Part shown: one piece after another, positions 8,347 through 17,519 of the stretch
Numbering within the stretch: position 1 is the first letter of the stretch
Layout of the letters: every line of letters begins with the position of its first letter
Assembly: GCA_051251855.1 (NCBI GenBank)
Contig: JBPOGI010000005.1
Coordinates: 128,001-192,000 of the forward strand
Direction of reading: 5' to 3'
DNA from: Roseibacillus sp.
GTDB taxonomy: Bacteria; Verrucomicrobiota; Verrucomicrobiia; Verrucomicrobiales; Akkermansiaceae
Length of the DNA: 64,000 nucleotides
The notes under the pieces: generated by a model
Database searches by the model: none
What the model saw: only the letters and a program-made list of their open reading frames with translations
Told to the model about the DNA's origin: nothing
Translations under genes and position numbers: made by a program

Positions 8347-8981
8347 TTTTGGGGTTTTTTAGGAAAGACTGGATTTGCGCTTGAAAGGGCGCAAGAGCTT
8401 GAGCGTGGGAGCTTTTTAGGGGGCTTCTAACAAAAGGCGGGAAAAGTGGCTGGTGGGAAAAAAAGATTGCGGAACTTGAGCTCTCAAAATGCTCCCCAAG
8501 ACTTTTAAAAAATATGGCGAAAGTAAGGCCTGTGAATGGCTGAGAGGGGGGAGGCAGGGCGCAAAGTGAGGTGCCAAAGGGTACTAAATTTTATTTGTTA
8601 ACTTTACTTAAATAAGCTTTACAAGAAGGAGTAAATCCCCCAACGCCTGATATTGCTTGAAAAGGCATTTTTGATCTAACAGGGGTTGGGGGAGGCTGGA
8701 AGGGGAGCGTTATGACAAAAGGGTGGGGGATGGAATCAGAAGTAGTGAATGGTAGGGATTGTCTTTTGATCACTAAGACGGATCCCCGGGGTTGGATGGA
8801 CGGACTGCTGGGGTTTCACAGAAGGACGCAAAGGATCGCAAAGTCAGGGTTGGGCGGACTTTGTCTGGTGTTTTGTCCTGTTGAAAGAGGGGGGTGTCTT
8901 TCCAGGAAGAATTTGGGCACGACAACGCTACCGAAATCCTGTCGGTGTGCGGAGGGAAGTCCGTTGAGAAGGTGGGCTGTA

Positions 8982-9107
8982 CTAGAAGCCGAAGGTGCGG
9001 GCCGCGGACTTGAGGGTGCGGCCGGGGACTTGCAGGGTTCTGCTAACGAGCCCGCAAGAAGAAAGGAACATGGTGGCGAGGAGGGCGATGGCGATGAGCT
9101 TCTTCAT
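8982..9107 (-). CDS. Small lipoprotein (41 aa)
   Basis: MKKLIAIALLATMFLSSCGLVSRTLQVPGRTLKSAARTFGF; signal peptide with lipobox LSSC; below the ORF-track cutoff. Confidence 0.65.
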   Translation of the reverse strand: MKKLIAIALLATMFLSSCGLVSRTLQVPGRTLKSAARTFGF

Positions 9108-9242
9108 GGAGTGAGTCTGGCAGTTTGGGTGGGGTTGGTCAATCCTGGGGGTTGGATAGGGGCTTAGTTGGAGTTTTTGACTTGGACTCTTCAGTGGAGA
9201 GCTCTTTCCCCAGGAGGAAGGTGGCGGGGCCTAGATTCTTCC

Positions 9243-9632
9243 TTATGTTGATTGCCCTTGGTTTGTGGGGTCGGTAGGTAAGTTGCTAGTGAGGAAGCTT
9301 TCGAGTTCTTTGTTGCGGCGGACGATGGCGTGAATGCGAATGGTGGCGATTCCCATGAAGATGGCGAAAGAGAAAAGGGAGAAGGGCCAGCTGATGTCAA
9401 AGAGGATAAAGTAGAGGGGGTCATCATAATCTAAGAACGGACGCTTACCGGAGCTCCTCTCGATGAAGCTACCTACGGTTGAAAGGCAGGAGATAAGAAG
9501 GCTGTAACCGGCAGCGATGCAGGTTTTTCCTGCTATTGTTCGATAGAGGAGAATGCTCACCGCTAACCAAGTGACATCAATGATGATCCAAGAGATGGGG
9601 ACGAGCCAGTTTTGTAGCCATTCGATTGTCAT
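9243..9632 (-). CDS. Hypothetical membrane protein
   Basis: 129 aa with about three hydrophobic segments. Confidence 0.6.
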   Translation of the reverse strand: MTIEWLQNWLVPISWIIIDVTWLAVSILLYRTIAGKTCIAAGYSLLISCLSTVGSFIERSSGKRPFLDYDDPLYFILFDISWPFSLFSFAIFMGIATIRIHAIVRRNKELESFLTSNLPTDPTNQGQST

Positions 9633-9701
9633 TGGTGGATTCTACGAAGCTTGTAAAGAAGGGGTGTTTGCTCGGTTTTGGGAGCGGATCTTGCTCTGTT
9701 G

Positions 9702-11480
9702 TTAGAGCGCTTTGCGGTCGAGGGATTCTTGCCGGCGTTGAATTTTTTTGTCTATGGAGTCGGCTTCGTCGACGTCGCCGGCTTTGCGGTAAGCTTTGGA
9801 GACGCGACGGAAGAGTTTGAGCTCCATGTCGCCGCGGAAGAACTCGGCGGAGTTGCTTTCGGCGTGGCTCTTGTAGAATTTTTCGAGGTCGCTGGGGATT
9901 TCGGTGGCGACCTCGGGAAGGCGGCTGCCGTGCTTTTGGTAGCTGGTCATGAGCTTGCCAAACATTTCGAGGTCTTCGCCGTATTTGCGAAAGCTGCTCT
10001 TGTAGAGGCTGCGCAGGGCTTTGGCCGATTTCTTTTCGACGAGGATGGTGGCGAGGGAGGAGACGGCATCGGAAACGAGGTCGCCTTCGCTGCCGTTAGA
10101 GCGGGCGACGCTGCGGATTTCGCTTTCGAGGGCTTTGATCATCTCGGCGTCGTCGAGGGTGGGGAGGAGGTGTTCTTTGCGGATGGAGGCGATGTCTTCG
10201 AGGATGTTGGGGTGCTCGTCGTAGTTGCGTTCCATGGAGGCGAGGAGCTGTTTCCAGTCCTCGGATTGTCCGTCTTTGCTTTTGGTGAGGGCGACTTTTT
10301 CTTTCCAAATGTCGACGACGAGAGGAGCGGTGCGGCGAGCTTGTTCGAGGAGTGCGAGGGCGGTGTCCCATTTTTCTTGGGAACGGGCAGAGCGGGCGAG
10401 TTCGAGGAGGAGAAGGATGGGGACGCGTGATTCGTCTTGGTAGTCTTCGGTGCTTTCGAGCCACATGAGGCGGGAGGAGACGCTTTTGCCGCGCTGGGGA
10501 TCGTAGACGAAGCCGTTGATGATGCCTTGGCTGCCATAGGATTCCCAAGTGTTGTCTTTGGGCATGAACTCGACCCAGGCGTGAGGACCACGGTCGCCGG
10601 TGCCGTGGACGTAAGTGGCGGGGATGCCGCGTGCTTTGCCGCTTTGGGCAGAGTAGTGAGCTTGGTCGCGACAGACGCCGCCCTCGGCGAGAATCTCGGA
10701 GAGGATGTAGTATTGGTAAGGGTTTTCGTTTTCGACGGCGCGCTCCATGAGGTATTCGATGTCGCTGTAGGTGGAGCCCCAGGTTTTGCGGGACTCGCGC
10801 ACTTTCTTGAGGGACCAGTCGATTTCGGCGCGGGAAATTTTTAGGTCCACCACGCGGATGAGTTCGCGCGGAGTCATCTGGGCGCAGGAGGTTTCGAGTT
10901 GGTTGTTCTCGGAGGCGTCGACGAAGTAGCGGTAGCGCTCGTTGAGGGAGAGGGAGGGGTAGTATTGGTTGGCGACAACGCGAACGTTGCTGCGCTTGTC
11001 GTAGATGAGGGCTAGGGCGAGAGCGAGGGGTTGGTATTTTTCGCGAAAAGCGGGGTTTTCTTCGGCGCTCCAGAGTTGGGACCAGATGGTGAGGACTTGG
11101 GTGGCATTGTCCTCGGGACGGAGTTCGTTGAGGAGGCTGCCGAGTCGTTCGGGGGAAAGAAAGAGCCAGGTGAGGAAGTCGCGGTGCTCGGCGGTCCACT
11201 TGCGATTGCTGATGTCTTTAGCGGGAAGTTTGTTGAGGATGCTGAGGAGGAGAAGGCGGGTTTTGACTTCGTCTTCGCGCAGGGCTTCGGTGAGTTGGGT
11301 AGTGGTGAGATTGGAGACGAGGCTAGTGGCGTCTTTGCGTAGGCTATCGCGGAGAAGATCGTAGCGATAGGAGAGGAGTTGTTCGCCGAGGATGTCTTGC
11401 TCGGTGAGGGGAGGGAGGGTGACAGCGGAGAGAGATTGCCCCAAGAGGACGAGGCTGAGGAGGAACCGGTGCTTTTTCAC
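9702..11480 (-). CDS. Secreted protein with transglutaminase-like Cys-His domain
   Basis: Signal peptide from GTG 11480 (VKKHRFLLSLVLLG); GGVCRDQA...GIPA...GPHAWVEF. Confidence 0.7.
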   Translation of the reverse strand: MKKHRFLLSLVLLGQSLSAVTLPPLTEQDILGEQLLSYRYDLLRDSLRKDATSLVSNLTTTQLTEALREDEVKTRLLLLSILNKLPAKDISNRKWTAEHRDFLTWLFLSPERLGSLLNELRPEDNATQVLTIWSQLWSAEENPAFREKYQPLALALALIYDKRSNVRVVANQYYPSLSLNERYRYFVDASENNQLETSCAQMTPRELIRVVDLKISRAEIDWSLKKVRESRKTWGSTYSDIEYLMERAVENENPYQYYILSEILAEGGVCRDQAHYSAQSGKARGIPATYVHGTGDRGPHAWVEFMPKDNTWESYGSQGIINGFVYDPQRGKSVSSRLMWLESTEDYQDESRVPILLLLELARSARSQEKWDTALALLEQARRTAPLVVDIWKEKVALTKSKDGQSEDWKQLLASMERNYDEHPNILEDIASIRKEHLLPTLDDAEMIKALESEIRSVARSNGSEGDLVSDAVSSLATILVEKKSAKALRSLYKSSFRKYGEDLEMFGKLMTSYQKHGSRLPEVATEIPSDLEKFYKSHAESNSAEFFRGDMELKLFRRVSKAYRKAGDVDEADSIDKKIQRRQESLDRKAL

Positions 11481-11635
11481 AAGGGTGATTAAAGAGGGAG
11501 GAGTGGGGTGGGGCAAGGGGGAACGCTGGGTGTGGGGCGGACGAGGATGGGGGCGAGGTGAAGACTCGCGGTCCGTTGGAGGCGAACGTTGATTTCGTTT
11601 TTGTGATCGGAGGAAAAGGAGTAACTTTGGGGGAG

Positions 11636-12898
11636 ATGAGAGAGATTTTATTGGCGAATGAGACTTTTGGAATGGCGGCGGAGCAGTTTGACCGGACGGC
11701 GGAGTTTCTGGAGTTGGATGAGTCGGTGCGAGAACGATGCAAGTGGCCGAAGCGGATGTTGTCCTTTTCGTTGCCAGTTCATATGGATGATGGGCGGACG
11801 GAGGTGTTCTTTGGGCACCGGGTGCAGCATCATTTGTCGCGGGGTCCAGTGAAGGGGGGAATTCGTTATTCGCCGCATGTGGAGTTGGGGGAGGTGGCGG
11901 CGTTGGCGATGTGGATGAACTGGAAGTGTGCGCTGATGAAGTTGCCGTATGGGGGAGCAAAGGGAGGGATTGCGTGCAATCCGAGAGAGATGTCGATCGG
12001 GGAGCAGGAGCGGTTGACACGGAGGTTTGCGCAGGAGCTTTTGCCTTTCATTGGGGAGGATATTGATATTCCGGCTCCGGATATGGGGACGAATGCGCAG
12101 ACGATGGCTTGGATCGTGGATACGGCTTCGACGCAGGCCGGTAAGTTTGTGCCTGGGATTGTGACTGGCAAGCCGCTGGAGTTACAAGGTTCGGCGGGGC
12201 GGACGCAGGCGACGGGGCATGGAGTGGCCTTTACGGCGACGCGGGCGTTGAGTCGCTTGGGGATTGATTGTGATAAGGCTTCGGCGGTGGTGCAGGGGTT
12301 TGGCAATGTGGGCAGTTACGCGGCGGAGACTCTGATGTTCGATGGCGTGAAGGTGAAGGGGGTGTCGGATATTTCAGGGGCGATCTGGAATGATGGTGGT
12401 TTGGATATTGTTCAGCTGAGAAAGCATGTGGCGAAGACGGGAGGGGTGGCTGGTTTTGAGAATTCGGAACCCATCGATCCGGAGGAGATGATGATTCAAA
12501 AGGTCGATATCCTGGCGCCTTGCGCGATGGAGAGGGCTATTAATAAGGAGATGGCGGTGAAGCTACAGTGCCGGGTTTTGGCGGAGGGGGCGAATGGTCC
12601 GACAACTCCGGAGGCGGATGCGATCATTGAGCAGCGGGGGGATATCTTTTTGATTCCTGATGTGATGTGCAACGCGGGCGGGGTGACGGTGAGTTACTTC
12701 GAGTGGGTGCAGAATTTGCAGCGCTTTTCGTGGACGGAGCGGGAGGTGATTTCGAAGTTAGAGACGCTGATGGCGGCGACTTTTGACCGTTTGGTAAGCT
12801 TTGCGGAAGCACGCAAGTGTGGGCATCGGGTGGCGGCGCTGGCGCTGGGGATTAAAGAGGTGGCGGATGTGAAGAAGACGCGGGGTCTTTACCCGTAG
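11636..12898 (+). CDS. gdhA: Glu/Leu/Phe/Val dehydrogenase (glutamate dehydrogenase)
   Basis: GPVKGGIRY, GGAKGG, PAPDMGT, VQGFGNVG, EGANGP, NAGGVTVSYFEW. Confidence 0.93.
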   Translation: MREILLANETFGMAAEQFDRTAEFLELDESVRERCKWPKRMLSFSLPVHMDDGRTEVFFGHRVQHHLSRGPVKGGIRYSPHVELGEVAALAMWMNWKCALMKLPYGGAKGGIACNPREMSIGEQERLTRRFAQELLPFIGEDIDIPAPDMGTNAQTMAWIVDTASTQAGKFVPGIVTGKPLELQGSAGRTQATGHGVAFTATRALSRLGIDCDKASAVVQGFGNVGSYAAETLMFDGVKVKGVSDISGAIWNDGGLDIVQLRKHVAKTGGVAGFENSEPIDPEEMMIQKVDILAPCAMERAINKEMAVKLQCRVLAEGANGPTTPEADAIIEQRGDIFLIPDVMCNAGGVTVSYFEWVQNLQRFSWTEREVISKLETLMAATFDRLVSFAEARKCGHRVAALALGIKEVADVKKTRGLYP

Positions 12899-12950
12899 GT
12901 CAAGTGGCCTGGGGTTGGTTTGTGGGGGTGTTCTGGAGGGGGGCGCTCGA

Positions 12951-12990
12951 GAGACCTTGAAAGACTCAAAAACCAAAGTTGTGGACTTGG
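12951..12990. repeat. Partial copy of the octamer-array element
   Basis: CCTTGAAAGACTCAAAAACCAAAGTTGTGG matches the left arm of the element at 37405-37521. Confidence 0.6.
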
Positions 12991-13114
12991 GAGGGGGCGG
13001 GGTTTGCTCTTCGTTTTTTGGCGGTGGGGTACTTTTTTGACGAAGTAATGAGGCTCTGCTGCTGGAAGCATCAGGAACGGACTGTCGCTAGAAGCGACAG
13101 CTACGTTGGCTGGA

Positions 13115-13720
13115 CTAGTAGCTGGTGAATTCGTCGGGGTTTTTAGCGATGAGGAAGGCGGTGATTTCGGCGACTTGTTGGGCGCTGTAGGTTTGGCCCC
13201 AAGGTTGCATCTTGGCGCCGTTGTGGCCGGTGGAGTCGGCTGGGGTGCCGTCGTTGATGATCTTGAAGATGTCGAGAGGGGTGGCTCCGTATTTCCATTC
13301 GCCATCGTTGAGGGCGAGGCCGGGAAGAGGGATCTTCTGGTCGCCAGCAATCATGGTGGCGGACATGTCTGCGGCGTGGCAGCCGATACAGACTTGGTTG
13401 TAAATAGCTTCGCCGCGAGCGATGCGGGCGGAGTCAGTGGCCCACTCGTGAACGAGGGTTTTGTCGTCGAGCTTGGAGAGAGTGGCGGCGAGGGCAGTCT
13501 TGCGCTCTTCGGCGATTTGCTGGATTTCGGCGCTGACTTTTTGTTGGTCGGTTTTGAACCAGTCGGTTTTGTAGTAGAGGCCCCAATCGACGACGAAGTA
13601 GACGATGGCAGCGTAGAGGGTGTAGAGCCACCAGTTAGGGAGCTTGTGATCGTATTCCTGAATGCCGTCGTAGGCGTGGTCGCGCAAGGGAGCTTCTTCT
13701 TCGGGATGCTTTTTTTTCAT
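13115..13720 (-). CDS. ccoP: cbb3-type cytochrome c oxidase subunit III (single heme)
   Basis: DHAYDGIQEYDHKLPNWW N-terminal motif; one CIGCH. Confidence 0.9.
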   Translation of the reverse strand: MKKKHPEEEAPLRDHAYDGIQEYDHKLPNWWLYTLYAAIVYFVVDWGLYYKTDWFKTDQQKVSAEIQQIAEERKTALAATLSKLDDKTLVHEWATDSARIARGEAIYNQVCIGCHAADMSATMIAGDQKIPLPGLALNDGEWKYGATPLDIFKIINDGTPADSTGHNGAKMQPWGQTYSAQQVAEITAFLIAKNPDEFTSY

Positions 13721-13796
13721 GGAAAAGTTAAGGGCTGGGAGTTCACCGTACAGAGCAAGGAAGGGCGCTCAGGATGGCTGTTCTTTTTTGGAAGCG

Positions 13797-13964
13797 TTAG
13801 TTGTTAGGTGAGTCGTCGAGGGGGAGGGAGGCGAGATGATCGCGTTTGTCTTTTTTCATGACGACAGCTCGGATCAGCACGCCGATGAAGACGGTGAAGG
13901 TGAGGAGGAAGGCGGCAATGGGGATAACGGCAACCCAGTTTTCGTGAATGATACGGTGAAACAT
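13797..13964 (-). CDS. ccoQ: cbb3 oxidase subunit IV-like small membrane protein
   Basis: 55 aa with one TM helix and an ASLPLDD tail, between ccoO and ccoP. Confidence 0.75.
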   Translation of the reverse strand: MFHRIIHENWVAVIPIAAFLLTFTVFIGVLIRAVVMKKDKRDHLASLPLDDSPNN

Positions 13965-13995
13965 GGAGATATGATTGGTGAGACGTTTTCGGTAG

Positions 13996-16542
13996 TTAGT
14001 TGCTGACGGTGCGCTGGGTGTCGGGGTCGAGAAGTTTCGGCTTTTGGTCGCCTTCGAGTTCTTGCACCGTGTAGCTGCCGAGCTTTTGAATATAGGCAAT
14101 TAGAGAGATGATCTTTCGCTCCGATAAGTAGCGGGTGAGTTCCGGGCCGCTGAGGTCAGGCTGGCTGGGAAGGTAGGCGGTCGCTTCAATGTTCTTAGCG
14201 ATAGCGAGAGCTTGCTCACGAGCGTGTTGTTCGATGCGGTGCTTGTCCAATTTCGGATAGTCTTGTGTGAAGGGGACGCCGACTTTGACCTGAGCTTTGA
14301 TGCGAGCTGGAATCCCCTTGAAGTCTGTCTTCTGTTCAAAGAGCCATGGATAGGCGGGCATATTGGAACCAGGAGAGGTCTGGCGAGGGTTGAGGAAGTG
14401 GTTGAAGTGCCAGAGATTATCGCGCTTGCCGATCCGGACCAAGGGGTCGGCTTCGGTGGCTGGTCCACCTTCGCGAGCGAGGTCGGGTCCGGTGCGTTTG
14501 GAACCCCATTGGAAGGGGTGGTCGTAGAGGCTCTCGCCGAGGTGGGAGTAGTCATCGGTGATGATGTCGCCGTTCTCGTCGGAGCGAGCGTAGCGCATGA
14601 CGTCGGGCTTGAGGGTCCGAATCATTTGCGAGTGACAGTTGTAGCAACCCTCAGCAATGTAGGTGTCGCGTCCCACGAGTTCGAGGGGGGTGTAGAGCTC
14701 TTGTAGGCGACCTTCGACGTTCTCGTCCTTGTTAACGATGATGGAGGGAATGATTTGAATCACGCCGCCCAAGGCCACCGCAATGAAGGTGAGGAAGGTG
14801 AAGGGGAGGTAGTTCTCTAACAGTTGGTCGTAGTAGTGGGACCAGGACTTGTTGTCTTTCTTGAAGGCGACGACCATTTTCCAAGTGAAGAATATGGTTA
14901 AGAGAATCGCTACCTTGTCTGCATGAGAGGGTAAGAAGAAGGACAGGGTGAGGAAGAAGATGATAGCGAAAACGTAGACTAGGAACTCTGAGCCAAACCA
15001 CTTCTTAGCTGGTAAGGAATCGTGCTCAGGAACTTCCGCGACCTCGATGGTGTCGACGATGGGCACGGATCCTTTGACTGTTTTATAGATGTTGATGGCG
15101 CACATCACGAACCCGAGGATGTAGAGGATGCCGCCATAGGTGCGGAAGGCGTAGAGTGAGAAGAAGCTCTTAAGGGTGACGTGGTTGCCGTCGCCGTCGC
15201 CGTTGATGGCTTGGAGAGTTTGCACGAACTGATACTTGAGGCCGGTGCCGCCGTCGTTGAGTTCCCCGAGCATGAGACCCTGCAGAATGCCTGCGGTCCA
15301 CATTGAGCCGACGTAAAGAAGGATGCCGACGAGGGCGAGCCAGAAGTGCATGTTGGCCCATGCTTCGCTCCAAAGTTTGCCGGGCTTGCCGTCTTTACCT
15401 CCCCAGAAGCGGGGGGCCATCCAGTAGAACATACCGGCGGCCATCATGCCGTTCCAACCGAGGGTTCCGGAGTGAACATGACCGATGGTCCAGTCGGTGT
15501 AGTGAGAAAGTTCGTTGACGGCACGGATGGCGAGAAGGGGGCCCTCAAAGGTGCACATGCCGTAGAAGGTAACGCCAACGGCGAAGAACTTGATCACGGG
15601 GTCGGTGCGGAGTTGGGACCAGCCGGTGCGGAGGGTGAGGAGGCCGTTCAGCATGCCACCCCAAGATGGAGCCCAAAGCATGAGGGAGAAGAGCATACCG
15701 AGCATTTGCAGCCAGCGAGGGAGAGCGGTATTGAGAAGGTGGTGGGGACCGGCCCAGATGTAGATGAAGACGAGAGACCAGAAGTGGACAATGGAGAGAC
15801 GGTAGGAGTAGACGGGGCGATTGGCGGCCTTCGGCAAGAAGTAATACATGATGCCGAGGATGGGAGTGGTCAGGAAGAAGGCGACCGCGTTGTGGCCATA
15901 CCACCATTGAACAAGGGCGTCTTGGAGACCGCCGAATATAGAGTAGGAGTGGGTGAGGCTGGTGGGAATCTGGAGGTTGTTAACGATGTAGAGCATTGCT
16001 ACGGTAACGATAGTGGCAATGTAGAACCAGAGGGCGACGTAGAGGCTGGGCTCGTTACGCTTGGCGAGTGTCCAGAAGAAGTTCCAAGCGAAGATGACCC
16101 AGATGAGGGCTACTGCGATATCGAGTGGCCAGATGAGTTCGGCGTATTCCTTGGATTGGGTGAGGCCGAGAGGAAGGGTGATGGCGGCACCGACGATGAT
16201 GCCTTGCCAACCCCAGAAGTGAATCTTGGAGAGGAGGTCAGAGGCGGTGCGGCATTTGCAGAGGCGTTGGGTGGAGTAGTAGATACCGGCGAACATCATG
16301 TTGCCTACAAAGGCAAAGATGGCTGCATTGGTATGTAGGGGACGGAGGCGGCCGAAGGTGATGTATTGGAGACCATCACCCTTGAATGCGCCGAAGGTGA
16401 GCGTCTCAAGGAATTTTCCATTGGCTTGCCACCAAGAAAGTTGGGAGGCGGCGATGATACCAACGAGCATGGCGACGAGTCCCCAAATGAGGGACGCGAT
16501 CATGAAGTGGCGCGGGGTCTTGTTATCGTAGGTGATGGTCAT
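13996..16542 (-). CDS. ccoN: Fused cbb3-type cytochrome c oxidase subunit I/II
   Basis: GRLRPLHTN, WWYGHNAV, GPHH, WTIGHVH (CcoN), then EGCYNCHSQMIR, WGSKRTGPDL, SNMPAY (CcoO). Confidence 0.97.
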   Translation of the reverse strand: MTITYDNKTPRHFMIASLIWGLVAMLVGIIAASQLSWWQANGKFLETLTFGAFKGDGLQYITFGRLRPLHTNAAIFAFVGNMMFAGIYYSTQRLCKCRTASDLLSKIHFWGWQGIIVGAAITLPLGLTQSKEYAELIWPLDIAVALIWVIFAWNFFWTLAKRNEPSLYVALWFYIATIVTVAMLYIVNNLQIPTSLTHSYSIFGGLQDALVQWWYGHNAVAFFLTTPILGIMYYFLPKAANRPVYSYRLSIVHFWSLVFIYIWAGPHHLLNTALPRWLQMLGMLFSLMLWAPSWGGMLNGLLTLRTGWSQLRTDPVIKFFAVGVTFYGMCTFEGPLLAIRAVNELSHYTDWTIGHVHSGTLGWNGMMAAGMFYWMAPRFWGGKDGKPGKLWSEAWANMHFWLALVGILLYVGSMWTAGILQGLMLGELNDGGTGLKYQFVQTLQAINGDGDGNHVTLKSFFSLYAFRTYGGILYILGFVMCAINIYKTVKGSVPIVDTIEVAEVPEHDSLPAKKWFGSEFLVYVFAIIFFLTLSFFLPSHADKVAILLTIFFTWKMVVAFKKDNKSWSHYYDQLLENYLPFTFLTFIAVALGGVIQIIPSIIVNKDENVEGRLQELYTPLELVGRDTYIAEGCYNCHSQMIRTLKPDVMRYARSDENGDIITDDYSHLGESLYDHPFQWGSKRTGPDLAREGGPATEADPLVRIGKRDNLWHFNHFLNPRQTSPGSNMPAYPWLFEQKTDFKGIPARIKAQVKVGVPFTQDYPKLDKHRIEQHAREQALAIAKNIEATAYLPSQPDLSGPELTRYLSERKIISLIAYIQKLGSYTVQELEGDQKPKLLDPDTQRTVSN

Positions 16543-16555
16543 TGGAGAGAGTTTG

Positions 16556-16750
16556 TTAGTTTTTCGGATTGCTGGTTTTCAGTGGCTCCGGAGTGGGGAC
16601 GGGTGCGGTAACGGGCTCGTCGTCGAGAGGGAGGAGAGAGGTGTGTTCGAGGGAGTTCTTACGCGGCTTGATGATCTCGCAGGTAAAGCAGACGAGGAAG
16701 ATGACTGCGAGGATAAGAGAAACGAGGATGGTGAGAGCGAGAACGTCCAT
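16556..16750 (-). CDS. ccoS: cbb3 oxidase maturation protein CcoS-like
   Basis: MDVLALTILVSLILAVIFLVCF...; short TM protein directly upstream of ccoN. Confidence 0.65.
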   Translation of the reverse strand: MDVLALTILVSLILAVIFLVCFTCEIIKPRKNSLEHTSLLPLDDEPVTAPVPTPEPLKTSNPKN

Positions 16751-16775
16751 GAGTAGCGGGATGAGTAGTAGTGGA

Positions 16776-17318
16776 CTATCGAACGATTGGCTTCGCGCTC
16801 GTTGCGAGAGGCTGCTCATTTTTTGCGGGAGAAGGGTCGCCTCCGCCGTCGATCCACTCGAGAAAGGCGTCACCAATGACACCGACTACCTTTTTAGAGT
16901 CGAAGCGTTTTTGGTTGAGGTGGAGGTGAAAGCTCTTGGTTTCGGGCTCTTTACAGGCGAGGCAGACTTGGAAGATATGTGGGTGGCCGGATGTTTGCTC
17001 AATGGTGCCCGGACCTTCGATGACGGAGCCGCCCATTTTGGCTAAAGTGAGAACGAGGTCTTCGTCTTCGGTGCGAAGCTGGTTGGCGAGGGGGCTGTTG
17101 CTGAGACGGCGAAGGAGTTTGTCGTCGAAAGCTTTCCAGGAAAGGGAGGGGAGATCGCCGAATTCGTTTAGATATTCTGCCAAGGGGGTGGCGATAGAAG
17201 GTTGGCAGGCGGGGCAGTTGACGTCGACCGCGATGGAATAGGCGGGGACGGCTAGCGCGGGTGGACGTTGTAAAATCCAGCGTGAGCAGTCGGTGAGTTC
17301 AGAAGGGAGAATTTCCAC
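16776..17318 (-). CDS. Hypothetical protein, degenerate cytidylate-kinase-like, two CxxC motifs
   Basis: SIAVD...IATPLAEYL...WKAFDDKLL pattern recalls cytidylate-kinase-like proteins; CPAC and CLAC motifs. Confidence 0.55.
   Translation of the reverse strand: MEILPSELTDCSRWILQRPPALAVPAYSIAVDVNCPACQPSIATPLAEYLNEFGDLPSLSWKAFDDKLLRRLSNSPLANQLRTEDEDLVLTLAKMGGSVIEGPGTIEQTSGHPHIFQVCLACKEPETKSFHLHLNQKRFDSKKVVGVIGDAFLEWIDGGGDPSPAKNEQPLATSAKPIVR
16787..16830 (-). promoter_or_regulatory. Conserved cco-regulon motif, copy 1 (upstream of ccoS-NOQP)
   Basis: TTGGCTTCGCGCTCGTTGCGAGAGGCTGCTCATTTTTTGCGGG; TTGCG half-sites at 16802 and 16823 (21 bp apart). Confidence 0.6.
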
Positions 17319-17348
17319 GAAGCAAGAAGCTATCGCTTAGGGCAAGCT

Positions 17349-17392
17349 TTGGCTTCGCATTGATTGTGGAAGGGTGTGCGTGATTTGCGGGG
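17349..17392 (-). promoter_or_regulatory. Conserved cco-regulon motif, copy 2
   Basis: TTGGCTTCGCATTGATTGTGGAAGGGTGTGCGTGATTTGCGGG; half-sites at 17364 and 17385. Confidence 0.55.
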
Positions 17393-17519
17393 GAGGGAGC
17401 CCGAGGGTAGTTCGTTCAACGCGGAGTAGCCGCAGAGATTTTTTTAACCGTCGCAGATCGGGGTATGTAGAAGAGGGAGAGACAGGGCTTCCGTGCTGCT
17501 GGAAGCGTCAGCTACGATT

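Noticed and set aside
8561..8576. Sigma54 promoter TGGCAC...TTGC upstream of nrdB
   Set aside because: GG-to-GC spacing is 11 nt, not the required 10.
8169..8981. Cobalamin riboswitch before the class I RNR
   Set aside because: No recognisable B12-box or conserved core on the sense strand by eye; an Rfam scan would be decisive.
9702..12020. ORF-track N-terminal extensions (also 17520-18524, 39201-40733, 55719-56564, 28285-29211)
   Set aside because: Extensions overlap neighbouring real genes; downstream starts give clean signal peptides or domain boundaries.
16750..17440. FNR/FixK box for the cbb3 operons
   Set aside because: No TTGAT-N4-ATCAA palindrome seen here or upstream of ccoG; only an isolated TTGAT half-site.
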